From assembly GCA_021783135.1 (NCBI GenBank), contig JAJXUE010000001.1, forward strand, positions 111,055 through 175,054: a DNA stretch of 64,000 nucleotides, read 5' to 3'. Of this stretch, positions 1 through 10,138 are shown one piece after another. The DNA is from Bacillota bacterium. GTDB taxonomy: Bacteria > Bacillota > Desulfitobacteriia > Desulfitobacteriales > JAJXUE01. Position numbers and translations under genes: made by a program. The notes under the pieces are model-generated. The model was given only the letters and a program-made list of their open reading frames with translations, searched no databases and was not told where the DNA came from. Positions within the stretch are counted from its first letter, which is position 1. Every line of letters begins with the position of its first letter.

Positions 1-1
1 T

Positions 2-526
2 TTTGGGCTGGGTGTGTCCGGGTTTTTGGGTTCAGTTATGGAAATTGAAGCGGAGGTATTTGTTGATCGTAAGGGCAAAGGTACTGTTCGCTTTAACGAT
101 ACCGCGGGCAGCATGGCAAAAGACTCGGTATTTAATGCAACTGCAGTGTTAAGGCGATTAATCGGCAAAGACTTGCAAGATTTTGATTTCCATATCAACA
201 TAGTTGGCGGCGGGCGGATTGATGGGCCGTCAGCAGGCCTCGCTATTTGTTTGGCGATTTACAGCTCTTTGCAAAAAGCGCCTGTGCGCCAGGATGTGGC
301 TGTTACCGGGGAAATCTCGATTAGCGGTAAAGTCAAACCCGTGGGCGGTATAGTCGAAAAAATTTACGGGGCAAAACAGGCTGGGGTGAGTACAGTGTTA
401 ATTCCAGCCGAGAATGTTAAAGATGTCCCGCCTAGCTTACAAGGAATTACGGTTGTAGCTGTTAATAGCATCGAAGAAGCTATGCAGTACGTTTTCGCTG
501 ATGGAGCAAGTACGCTTGTCGGCTAG
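2..526 (+). CDS. Lon-family serine protease, C-terminal proteolytic domain (5' end lies outside the window; LonC-like)
   Basis: The frame is open to the window edge. It has the Lon S16 dyad motifs DGPSAGLA (Ser) and GKVKPVGG (Lys). It sits directly upstream of dnaB. Confidence 0.75.
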   Translation, partial: FGLGVSGFLGSVMEIEAEVFVDRKGKGTVRFNDTAGSMAKDSVFNATAVLRRLIGKDLQDFDFHINIVGGGRIDGPSAGLAICLAIYSSLQKAPVRQDVAVTGEISISGKVKPVGGIVEKIYGAKQAGVSTVLIPAENVKDVPPSLQGITVVAVNSIEEAMQYVFADGASTLVG

Positions 527-540
527 TGGAGGAAAATTAC

Positions 541-1878
541 ATGGCTAATTTATTTGACAAAATACCTCCGCAGAACATAGAGGCAGAACTCTCCGTGCTT
601 GGGGCCATGCTGCTCGACCAGGAGGCTGTTAATACAGCTACCGAAGTTTTAAAGCCGGAAGATTTTTATCAGGATAGCCATAAGCATGTTTTTGAAGCAA
701 TCCTAGATCTAGGTGAAATGGGCCAGCCTGTTGATTTGGTGACTGTAGCCGAGGTTTTACGTACTAAGGGTAATCTGGAGAAGGTTGGAGGTATAGGCTT
801 TATTGCCTCTTTAACCGACACGGTACCTACGGCAACAGGGGTAGAACACTATGCCAAGATTGTCAGTGAGAAGTCCCTCTTACGTCAACTAATCAAGGCT
901 TCTTCACGCATTGCTGCGCGAGGCTATGAAACTTCTGATGGTGCTGCAGCGTTAATTGAGGAAGCAGAGCGCACGATTCTGGAGATTTCCCAGCGGCAAA
1001 CCAGAGGGGGATTTACCAGTATACGAACTGTCTTGATGGAAACGTTCGATAAAATAGATTATCTTTATCGCAATAAGGGTAATTTAACTGGAATTCCTAC
1101 ATTTTTTAGTGATTTAGATCGTATGACTTCGGGTTGGCAACCGGCTGATTTGGTGATTATTGCCGCTCGTCCTTCCATGGGCAAAACCTCTTTGGTCTTA
1201 AACATGGCCCAAAACGCTGCTGTCAGGCAGAAGGTGCCGATAGCGTTGTTTAGTTTGGAAATGTCGAAAGAGCAGTTGGTACAACGGATGCTTTGTGCTG
1301 AGGCTATGGTGGACCAGCAGAGGGTGCGCACAGGTAACTTATTGGAGACCGATTGGCCTAAATTGGCACTTGCCGTAGGACCGTTGTCCGAAGCCCCCAT
1401 CTTTATTGACGATACAGTCGGGATTTCAGTTAGCGAACTGCGAGCCAAGGCGCGGCGGTTAAAAGTCGAACATGATCTAAAGATGATTGTCATAGACTAT
1501 TTGCAGTTGATGACTGGAAGCAAGCGAACTGAGAGCAGACAGCAGGAGGTAGCGCAAATTTCACGTGGGTTAAAGCAAATAGCGCGTGAACTTAATGTTC
1601 CGGTAGTTGCGCTCTCCCAGTTAAACAGGGGAGTAGAACAGCGCCAAGATAAACGCCCGGTAATGTCAGACTTATTGGAGTCGGGCGCCATTGAGGCAGA
1701 TGCTGATGTGATTTCTTTTATTTATCGCGATGAGTATTATAATCCTGATTCCAGTAAAAAAGGCATTGCAGAGATAATAATTGCTAAACATAGAAACGGC
1801 CCGGTTGGTATGGTAGAGTTAGGTTTTCTTAAGGAGTTTACGAAGTTTGTTAATCTCGACCATAACCATATTGCATAA
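541..1878 (+). CDS. dnaB: Replicative DNA helicase DnaB
   Basis: ATG 541 lies 7 nt after GGAGGA. It has the N-terminal PPQNIEAELSVLGAML motif, the Walker A ARPSMGKTS, and IVIDYLQLM and ALSQLNR motifs. Confidence 0.95.
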   Translation: MANLFDKIPPQNIEAELSVLGAMLLDQEAVNTATEVLKPEDFYQDSHKHVFEAILDLGEMGQPVDLVTVAEVLRTKGNLEKVGGIGFIASLTDTVPTATGVEHYAKIVSEKSLLRQLIKASSRIAARGYETSDGAAALIEEAERTILEISQRQTRGGFTSIRTVLMETFDKIDYLYRNKGNLTGIPTFFSDLDRMTSGWQPADLVIIAARPSMGKTSLVLNMAQNAAVRQKVPIALFSLEMSKEQLVQRMLCAEAMVDQQRVRTGNLLETDWPKLALAVGPLSEAPIFIDDTVGISVSELRAKARRLKVEHDLKMIVIDYLQLMTGSKRTESRQQEVAQISRGLKQIARELNVPVVALSQLNRGVEQRQDKRPVMSDLLESGAIEADADVISFIYRDEYYNPDSSKKGIAEIIIAKHRNGPVGMVELGFLKEFTKFVNLDHNHIA

Positions 1879-1891
1879 AATAATCGCTATA

Positions 1892-1927
1892 AACCAGTCG
1901 GGGCTAGCAAAACTCCGGCTGGTTTTT
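1892..1927 (+). terminator. Intrinsic terminator after dnaB
   Basis: Stem AACCAGTCGG / CCGGCTGGTT (10 bp including one G-U pair) followed by TTT. Confidence 0.7.
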
Positions 1928-2014
1928 GCTAGGGTACGATACCCAGGAGCAGCATCAGGATACAAAAAAAGTCGAATATTAAGTTCGCAAGAGTTATAAA
2001 TATTCGTATTTTTC

Positions 2015-2043
2015 TTGACTCAAGGAACATCTTCGGGTAATAT
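2015..2043 (+). promoter_or_regulatory. Sigma-A-like promoter for the FAD-protein-purB-purA operon
   Basis: TTGACT, 17 nt spacer, TAATAT. It leaves a leader of about 185 nt before ATG 2233. Confidence 0.55.
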
Positions 2044-2232
2044 TAAGGTGTTTGTGATGTAAGTAAGTTTTTTTGCGTGAAATGCCCATCCGCATAGGGG
2101 GGATAATGAGTTTGTCCATATACTCAAAGAGAAACCATCTTTAAAGGTGCTTCTATTTGGGTTATTTTTATGTCTGAGCCTGCCAAACTTACTAGTGGTG
2201 CAGTAACGGTGTAGTGGAAAGGAGCCGAATAA

Positions 2233-3642
2233 ATGCAGGACCAATATGATTTGATTATTGTCGGAGCCGGGCCTGCCGGGATATTTACAGCTCTAGAGCT
2301 TACGGAACTTAACCCGGATATCCGTATTCTAATCCTCGATAAAGGCAGAACAATAGACCGCAGGGTCTGCCCCGCGCGTAAAACCGGTAAATGTGTTAAT
2401 TGCCAGCCTTGCGGTATTACGAGTGGGTGGTCTGGAGCAGGGGCTTTTTCAGATGGAAAGCTATCGCTTTCCCCTGCGGTGGGCGGCAGAATTACTGATT
2501 ATATGACCCAAGACGAGGCACAGGATTTAGTTAATTACGCTGATTCTGTGTATCTCAAATTTGGTGCTTCTTCGGTGGTACATGGGCTAAATAATAAGAA
2601 ATTTGATGACATCAGATATGAGGCATCAAAGCACCAGATTCAGGTTATTCATTGCCCGGTTAGGCACTTAGGTACCGAGCTTGCGTGGGAAGTATTGCGA
2701 AGAATGTATGAGGCGCTCATGGCGCAAGGGAATGTAACCTTCCGTGAGTTGTTGACAGTTAAAGACATCCTAGTTGAAGATAATACAGTTAAAGGTGTTC
2801 GCGCAGTTAGCCCGACTGGTAAGGAAGAAGAGCTACGGTCCTCAATAGTGGTAATTGCACCCGGACGTGCAGGTGCCGGATGGTTGGCAGAACAAACCAA
2901 GCTGTTGCATATAAAAACTGAAAACAATGAAGTGGATATTGGCGTTAGGGTGGAAGTACCCAACTCAATTTTAGATCACTTAACGCGGGAACTTTACGAG
3001 CCTAAGCTCATTTATTTCTCGGATACTTTTGACCTCAAAACGCGGAGCTTTTGTGTCAATCCGGGTGGAGTTGTGGCAGAGGAGCATTATGATGGCGGAC
3101 TGGCTGTAGTTAATGGCCATAGTTACTCTGACGACAGGCTCAAGACTGCTAATACCAATTTTGCTCTCTTAGTGTCAACTAAATTTACAGAGCCCTTTAA
3201 TCAGCCCATCGAATATGGCCGTTATATTGCACGCTTAGCTAATATGCTGACTGGTGGCGGAATAATGGTTCAAAGACTCGGAGACTTACTGCGTGGCAGA
3301 AGATCAGATGAAAGTAAAATGAGCAAGTCTACCACTGTGCCAACCTTGAAAACAGCAGTGCCAGGGGATTTGAGTTATGTGCTGCCGCAACGCTACTTGA
3401 CTTCGTTAGTAGAAACACTGCAAGCGTTTGACCACATTGCGCCTGGACTGTATTCTAAGCACACCTTGCTCTACGGTGTAGAGGTAAAGTTTTATTCTTC
3501 CAAGGTAATTGTGAGTAATAATTTTGAAACTAGCATCAAAAACTTATATACTATTGGCGATGGAGCAGGAATTACTCGAGGTCTAATCCAAGCTTCTGCC
3601 ACAGGGGTGGTGGTTGCCCGAGATATTGCTTCGCGCAAATAA
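2233..3642 (+). CDS. FAD-dependent oxidoreductase of unknown role (COG2509-like NAD(FAD)-utilising dehydrogenase)
   Basis: It has the N-terminal dinucleotide fold DLIIVGAGPAGIF and a C-terminal GDGAGITRG motif. GGAAAGGAG SD lies upstream. Confidence 0.7.
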   Translation: MQDQYDLIIVGAGPAGIFTALELTELNPDIRILILDKGRTIDRRVCPARKTGKCVNCQPCGITSGWSGAGAFSDGKLSLSPAVGGRITDYMTQDEAQDLVNYADSVYLKFGASSVVHGLNNKKFDDIRYEASKHQIQVIHCPVRHLGTELAWEVLRRMYEALMAQGNVTFRELLTVKDILVEDNTVKGVRAVSPTGKEEELRSSIVVIAPGRAGAGWLAEQTKLLHIKTENNEVDIGVRVEVPNSILDHLTRELYEPKLIYFSDTFDLKTRSFCVNPGGVVAEEHYDGGLAVVNGHSYSDDRLKTANTNFALLVSTKFTEPFNQPIEYGRYIARLANMLTGGGIMVQRLGDLLRGRRSDESKMSKSTTVPTLKTAVPGDLSYVLPQRYLTSLVETLQAFDHIAPGLYSKHTLLYGVEVKFYSSKVIVSNNFETSIKNLYTIGDGAGITRGLIQASATGVVVARDIASRK

Positions 3643-3668
3643 GGCTTGGCCCGAAGGAGGACGCATAA

Positions 3669-4964
3669 TTGATAAGTAGGTATACCCACCCAGCAATGGG
3701 TAAAATATTTAATGAAGCAAATGAGTTTCAGAAATGGTTAGATGTAGAAATTGCCGTATGTGAAGTCTTGGCCGAAGACGGTAAAATTCCCGGCGCTGCC
3801 CTGCAGCAGGTCATTGAAGGGGCAAAAGTCGACGTAGCTAGGATCCGTGCTATTGAAGCGGAGGTTCGGCACGACTTAATAGCGTTTTTGCAGAGTTTAG
3901 CGGAACAGGTGGGTGATAGCGCGAAGTATATTCATCTCGGCTTAACGTCGTCAGATGTCAAAGATACGGCCTTAAGCTTACAGCTGGTGGAAGCTGCCCA
4001 TATTGTAGAGCAAGATTTAATTGAGCTGCTCAAAGCTGTGGCCGTTCAAGCCAAGCAGCATAAGTTGACGATAATGGTGGGTAGGACGCATGGTATACAT
4101 GCCGAACCGACCACTTTTGGGCTTAAATTGGCGCTATGGTACGCTGAATTGGAACGTCACTTGGAGCGACTGCGTCAGGCAACGGTAAGCATTCGCGTGG
4201 GGAAAATTTCCGGTGCCGTAGGTACTTTTGCGAATATCGAGCCCCAAGTAGAAGCAAGGGTGTGTGCCCGATTAGGCTTGGATGCGGCTAAGGTAAGCAG
4301 TCAAATTTTACAACGCGACAGACATGCGCATTTTGTCAGCACCTTGGCTTTAATTGGGTCATCTTTAGATAAATTTGCCACAGAAGTACGCAATTTGCAG
4401 CGTACAGATATTTTGGAGCTGGAAGAAGCCTTTGCTAAGGGGCAGAAGGGATCCTCGGCAATGCCCCATAAGCGCAACCCGATAACTTGTGAACAGATTG
4501 CTGGTTTAGCACGGGTTTTAAGAGGGAACAGTTTAGCCGCCATGGAAAATGTAGCGCTTTGGCACGAACGGGACATGACTCATTCTTCGGTGGAGCGGAT
4601 TATACTGCCTGATAGCTGTATTCTGCTAGATCACATGTTACGCAAGTTTACCGGTGTTGTGGAAAATCTTCAAGTCTACCCTGCCAATATGGAGAAAAAT
4701 CTCCGTCGAACTTACGGCATAACTAATTCCCAAAGAGTTTTGTTGGCACTGGTCGAAAAGGGGATGAGCCGACAAGACGCGTACGGCATAGTACAAAAGA
4801 ACGCATTTGCCGCATGGGAGCAAGGATCGGATTTTTGCGAAGTTATCAAACAAGATCCCCAAGTTGCGATGCTATTAACCAGAGAAGAAGTAGATAATTT
4901 ATTTGATTACGAGTATCATTTAAAGCATGTAGAAGATGTTTTTGCCCGTTTAGGGTTAACCTAA
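3669..4964 (+). CDS. purB: Adenylosuccinate lyase
   Basis: The N-terminus MISRYTHPAM matches PurB N-termini. It has the fumarate-lyase signature GSSAMPHKRNP. GAAGGAGG SD lies upstream of the TTG start. Confidence 0.95.
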   Translation: MISRYTHPAMGKIFNEANEFQKWLDVEIAVCEVLAEDGKIPGAALQQVIEGAKVDVARIRAIEAEVRHDLIAFLQSLAEQVGDSAKYIHLGLTSSDVKDTALSLQLVEAAHIVEQDLIELLKAVAVQAKQHKLTIMVGRTHGIHAEPTTFGLKLALWYAELERHLERLRQATVSIRVGKISGAVGTFANIEPQVEARVCARLGLDAAKVSSQILQRDRHAHFVSTLALIGSSLDKFATEVRNLQRTDILELEEAFAKGQKGSSAMPHKRNPITCEQIAGLARVLRGNSLAAMENVALWHERDMTHSSVERIILPDSCILLDHMLRKFTGVVENLQVYPANMEKNLRRTYGITNSQRVLLALVEKGMSRQDAYGIVQKNAFAAWEQGSDFCEVIKQDPQVAMLLTREEVDNLFDYEYHLKHVEDVFARLGLT

Positions 4965-6260
<1,296 letters not shown>

Positions 6261-6261
6261 A

Positions 6262-7734
6262 ATGAACGTATCATTATCGCAGTTCATAGCAGCGGCCAAG
6301 CCAGGCTATTATGTACCAGTCCATCAACAATTTGCTGTCGGAAGGATTTCGCCTGTGGATATAATTGAGGCGCTTAATTTGACCGACGATAACCTTGTAC
6401 TTTTGGAAAGCGGGAAAGGCGACGCAAGTCTGGCTCAAAATACCTTTATTGCGTATGCGCCGCGCTATGTGTTTTGCAGCAAAGATAACCGTGTAACCGT
6501 CAATAAAGAACTTATACCTGGGGTTAATCCTTATCAGTATTTAGAGCAAATGATTGGCGCCCGCCCGGCAGTGCAAATTACGGGAGCACCTGAATTTTAC
6601 GGTGGCGCGGTTGGCTATGTTAGTTACGATATGGCACGCGTTTTTGAGCGACTACCAGATTTAAGCCACGATGATCTTCAAGTTCCGGATCTTTACTTTT
6701 TATTCTGTGAGCGGGTCATTGCAATCGATAACAAGACCGGCTTGGTTCAAGGAGTAGTTAACGTTCCGATTGATGGGAGTGAAGACCTGACTGAGCTCTA
6801 TGCAAATGCTATCCGGGAATTAGCGGAGACTGAAGCATTATTAGGTAAAGTGCAGCCGCAAGCAGAAATACCTGTGCAGGCCTTGGCCCTGGAACATCTC
6901 TTCCAGCCGGAAGTAAATATCACTAAGGCTGAATTTGAGGCCATGGTCCTAAGGGCGAAGGATTATATCATGGCGGGTGACGTCTTTCAGGTTAACTTAT
7001 CGCTTCGCTTGGCTAAAAAGCTAAGTGTCCAGCCGTGGGAAGTTTATAAGGTATTACGTCGGATTAACCCTTCCCCTTACGGTTGTTTTATCAATTTTGG
7101 CGACATTCAGGTAGTAGGTTCGTCCCCGGAGTTGCTGGTGCGTAATAAGGCCGGTCTAGCTGAAACGAGACCAATTGCCGGTACCAGGCGCAGGGGTAAG
7201 GATCAGCAGGAAGACAAGAAATTAGCGCACGAGTTAATTGCTAACGCCAAGGAACGAGCCGAACATATCATGTTGGTGGATCTGGAACGTAATGACTTGG
7301 GACGCGTATGTGAATATGGTACAGTTCAGGTTAACGAGTTAATGGTGATTGAAGCATACTCACATGTCATGCATATTGTCTCCAACGTGCAGGGGAAATT
7401 GGCTAAAGAAATGAGTAACTTTGATTTGTTAAAAGCCTGCTTTCCGGGAGGTACTATCACGGGTGCGCCAAAAGTACGCTGTATGGAAATAATTGAAGAG
7501 CTTGAACCTACCAGACGCGGTATTTATACAGGCTCTGTGGGTTATTTTGGGTTTGGCGGCGAAATGGAAATGAATATATGCATTCGTACGTTGTTGATTA
7601 AAGACAAGCAAGCCTATGTACAAGCAGGGGCAGGTATAGTGGCTGATTCCGTACCCGAGCGAGAGTACTATGAGTCGCTAAAAAAAGCGGAAGCACTGCT
7701 AAGGGCTATGGAACTAGCGGAACGAGGTAATTAA
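6262..7734 (+). CDS. pabB: Aminodeoxychorismate (or anthranilate) synthase component I
   Basis: Chorismate-binding family motifs PGGTITGAPK and GAGIVADSVPEREYYE. It is followed by a class-IV aminotransferase-like lyase. Start ATG 6262 was chosen over the overlapping 6226. Confidence 0.75.
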   Translation: MNVSLSQFIAAAKPGYYVPVHQQFAVGRISPVDIIEALNLTDDNLVLLESGKGDASLAQNTFIAYAPRYVFCSKDNRVTVNKELIPGVNPYQYLEQMIGARPAVQITGAPEFYGGAVGYVSYDMARVFERLPDLSHDDLQVPDLYFLFCERVIAIDNKTGLVQGVVNVPIDGSEDLTELYANAIRELAETEALLGKVQPQAEIPVQALALEHLFQPEVNITKAEFEAMVLRAKDYIMAGDVFQVNLSLRLAKKLSVQPWEVYKVLRRINPSPYGCFINFGDIQVVGSSPELLVRNKAGLAETRPIAGTRRRGKDQQEDKKLAHELIANAKERAEHIMLVDLERNDLGRVCEYGTVQVNELMVIEAYSHVMHIVSNVQGKLAKEMSNFDLLKACFPGGTITGAPKVRCMEIIEELEPTRRGIYTGSVGYFGFGGEMEMNICIRTLLIKDKQAYVQAGAGIVADSVPEREYYESLKKAEALLRAMELAERGN

Positions 7735-7735
7735 A

Positions 7736-8584
7736 GTGAGTTGGGTATGTGTTAATGGGGAATTTGTACTCGACACGGATGCTAAAGTTTCGGTGTGGGA
7801 CCACGGATACTTGTACGGGGATGGGTTGTTTGAAACAATGCGTGCATACGGCGGTAAGATATTTGCGCTCGACGCACACCTTAAACGTTTGAGACAAGGC
7901 GCGAAATGCTTACGCCTAGAGATAAACTATGCAGATAAGCAATTGCAATGCCTCTTGCAGGAGACTATATGGCGTAATGATTTGGCGTCAGCTTATATTA
8001 GGCTTACTTATTCGCGTGGTGCGGGGCCAATCGGTCTCGACCCAGACCTCTGTCCGACGGGAACCCTGGTAATCATGGCTAAGCCTTCCCAAGTAGCACC
8101 TGTTATTTACAGTGAAGGTATCAGCCTGGGGGTCTCTCCTATCCGACGCAATCACCCCGCGGCTTTGTCACCGGCAATTAAGTCGCTTAACTTCGGCAAC
8201 AATATTCTTGCTAAGATTTGGGCGAAAGAACATGGGTATGACGATGCGTTAATGCTTAACCAGGACGGCTGGCTTACCGAAACGACCGTCAGCAATTTGT
8301 TTTTTGTTAAAGGAGCGGCGGTATTTACCCCGGCACTGAACACGGGGATTTTGGCTGGAGTTACGCGGGAATGCATCATTAATAGTACTAAGGTAGAGCA
8401 AGGCATGTACGCGCTGAGTCAACTGCTGGACGCAGATGAAATATTTTTGACCAATTCGGGGAGTGAAGTTATCCCGGTGTGTGCGCTTGATGGTAGAATT
8501 GTGGGGAATGGTAAACCTGGTATGTTAACAAAACAGATTCACTCAGATTTCCAACAACTTGTTAGAGAGAAACTGCAGATATAG
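7736..8584 (+). CDS. pabC: Aminodeoxychorismate lyase / class IV aminotransferase fold
   Basis: The length (282 aa), the N-terminal DHGYLYGDGLFET motif and the position downstream of pabB. Confidence 0.65.
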   Translation: MSWVCVNGEFVLDTDAKVSVWDHGYLYGDGLFETMRAYGGKIFALDAHLKRLRQGAKCLRLEINYADKQLQCLLQETIWRNDLASAYIRLTYSRGAGPIGLDPDLCPTGTLVIMAKPSQVAPVIYSEGISLGVSPIRRNHPAALSPAIKSLNFGNNILAKIWAKEHGYDDALMLNQDGWLTETTVSNLFFVKGAAVFTPALNTGILAGVTRECIINSTKVEQGMYALSQLLDADEIFLTNSGSEVIPVCALDGRIVGNGKPGMLTKQIHSDFQQLVREKLQI

Positions 8585-8675
8585 CAACAATGTAAGTAAA
8601 TTCCCCGTAAAAGGATTAAGATATGGTTAAGAGTGGTACAGCATAATTTAACATATTTTAATCTAAATAAATATC

Positions 8676-8704
8676 TTGACATTATATTTAATATATCGTA
8701 AAAT
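8676..8704 (+). promoter_or_regulatory. Sigma-A-like promoter of the tRNA cluster
   Basis: TTGACA, 17 nt spacer, TAAAAT, located 25 nt upstream of tRNA-Lys. Confidence 0.65.
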
Positions 8705-8728
8705 TTTGTCTTGTGGCGAACAAAACAA

Positions 8729-8804
8729 GAGCCATTAGCTCAGTTGGTAGAGCACCTGACTTTTAATCAGGGTGTCGTTGGTTCGAGTCCAACATGGCTC
8801 ACCA
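8729..8804 (+). tRNA. tRNA-Lys (UUU)
   Basis: Acceptor GAGCCAT/ATGGCTC, anticodon loop CTTTTAA, T-arm GTTGG-TTCGAGT-CCAAC, encoded CCA. Confidence 0.92.
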
Positions 8805-8808
8805 TTAC

Positions 8809-8884
8809 GGCCCATTGGTCAAGCGGTCTAAGACACCGCCCTTTCACGGCGGTTACACGGGTTCGAATCCCGTATGGGTCACCA
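8809..8884 (+). tRNA. tRNA-Glu (UUC)
   Basis: Acceptor GGCCCAT/ATGGGTC, anticodon stem CCGCC/GGCGG with loop CTTTCAC, T-loop TTCGAAT, encoded CCA. Confidence 0.9.
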
Positions 8885-8892
8885 TTATTCCT

Positions 8893-8968
<76 letters not shown>

Positions 8969-9018
8969 CTTTTGTTTTCTGTCACAATGTCACGGTAAGC
9001 AAATATGTTTTAAAAAGG

Positions 9019-9048
9019 CTTCGATTTTTGTTAGAATCGAAGTTTTTT
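9019..9048 (+). terminator. Intrinsic terminator after the tRNA cluster
   Basis: Stem CTTCGATT / AATCGAAG followed by TTTTTT. Confidence 0.7.
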
Positions 9049-9072
9049 GTTTTAATAACAGTTTTAATAACA
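9049..9072 (+). repeat. Perfect tandem duplication of a 12-bp unit (GTTTTAATAACA x2)
   Basis: Read directly. It is intergenic, just after the terminator. Confidence 0.9.
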
Positions 9073-9165
9073 GTCTAGCTATAGAATAAAGGTTTTAGCT
9101 TTCCGTCGAAGAATGTAGTAATAAAACGAATTAAGTGATTGTTTCATGAAAGCGAGGGGTAAAAA

Positions 9166-9777
9166 ATGTTAGAGAATAACGAGTTGAGAAGAAAGGCCAG
9201 GAAGCAACTTCAGGGTAACTGGGGAAAGCCCATCTTGGCGTGCTTTTTGACGTTTGTAATTTTGGCAATTATTGCGGCGATTCCCGTTGCAGGGCATTTG
9301 GCGCAACTGTTGGTTGCCGGACCATTTATGATTGGCTTAATTATGTATTTTCTTCGGTTTCAACGTGGGCAGGCACCCACGGTAGAAGTAATCTTTGAGG
9401 GATTTACGAACTATATCGAAACACTTGGAATATACTGGTGGGTAGGATTGTGGGTAATGCTGTGGTCATTACTATTGGTCATTCCCGGGATTATCAAAAG
9501 CTTGAGCTACTCCATGGCCTATTACGTAGTTGCGGACAATCCTACGGTTGGAATTAGGAATGCATTAAATACAAGCAAGAAGATCACCTATGGCTACAAG
9601 GTTAAAATTTTCTTACTAAACTTAAGTTTTATAGGGTGGGGCATTTTATCCGTGCTTTCTTTAGGTATTGGCTTTCTGTGGCTCATTCCGTATATGCAAT
9701 TGACTTCCGTGAACTTGTATCTTGAATTAAAAGATGCGAGCATAGCTAATGGAATTTGCACTTCGCAAGAATTCTAA
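9166..9777 (+). CDS. DUF975-like integral membrane protein
   Basis: It has about 4-5 hydrophobic segments. The N-terminal NELRRKARKQLQGNWG motif is typical of DUF975 proteins. Confidence 0.6.
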   Translation: MLENNELRRKARKQLQGNWGKPILACFLTFVILAIIAAIPVAGHLAQLLVAGPFMIGLIMYFLRFQRGQAPTVEVIFEGFTNYIETLGIYWWVGLWVMLWSLLLVIPGIIKSLSYSMAYYVVADNPTVGIRNALNTSKKITYGYKVKIFLLNLSFIGWGILSVLSLGIGFLWLIPYMQLTSVNLYLELKDASIANGICTSQEF

Positions 9778-9810
9778 GGTGGTCAGATGCTACAATGGTA
9801 TTTTTACCAT

Positions 9811-9839
9811 TTGACTAAAGCCACCCAAAACGGTATAAT
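9811..9839 (+). promoter_or_regulatory. Sigma-A-like promoter of the solitary tRNA-Gly
   Basis: TTGACT, 17 nt spacer, TATAAT. Confidence 0.65.
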
Positions 9840-9896
9840 TTTCAATGCAGCATAAGTTTAGCTTAAATGAATTGTTTAAAAACCATTTACACTCCT

Positions 9897-9971
9897 GCGG
9901 AAGTGGCTCAGTGGTAGAGCATTGGCTTCCCAAGCCGAGGGTCGCGGGTTCGAATCCCGTCTTCCGCTCCA
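9897..9971 (+). tRNA. tRNA-Gly (CCC)
   Basis: Acceptor GCGGAAG/CTTCCGC, anticodon loop TTCCCAA, T-arm GCGGG-TTCGAAT-CCCGT, encoded CCA. Confidence 0.9.
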
Positions 9972-10059
9972 GCAAGTTTTTTCCTGTTTACGCGGGGATT
10001 GCCTATATACACACCAAACTTAAAGATTAGAGATTATAGAGATTAGAGATAAAGAAGAG

Positions 10060-10089
10060 AGAAGGTCGGATGCTGCCGGTCTTCTTTTT
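10060..10089 (+). terminator. Intrinsic terminator after tRNA-Gly
   Basis: Stem AGAAGGTCGG / CCGGTCTTCT (two G-U pairs) followed by TTTT. Confidence 0.6.
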
Positions 10090-10111
10090 GTGTTTTGCGC
10101 CGGCATAATTA

Positions 10112-10138
10112 TTGCCTAAATTGCCTATATTGCCTAAT
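10112..10138 (+). repeat. Three tandem 9-bp units TTGCCTA-AA / -TA / -AT
   Basis: Read directly. A fourth copy (TTGCCTATA) lies at 9999-10007. The array overlaps the nominal start of the HTH ORF. Confidence 0.9.

Noticed and set aside
9790-10030. Track ORFs 9790-9975 (-) and 9845-10030 (+).
   Set aside because: They overlap the tRNA-Gly gene and its promoter and leader. There is no coding evidence.
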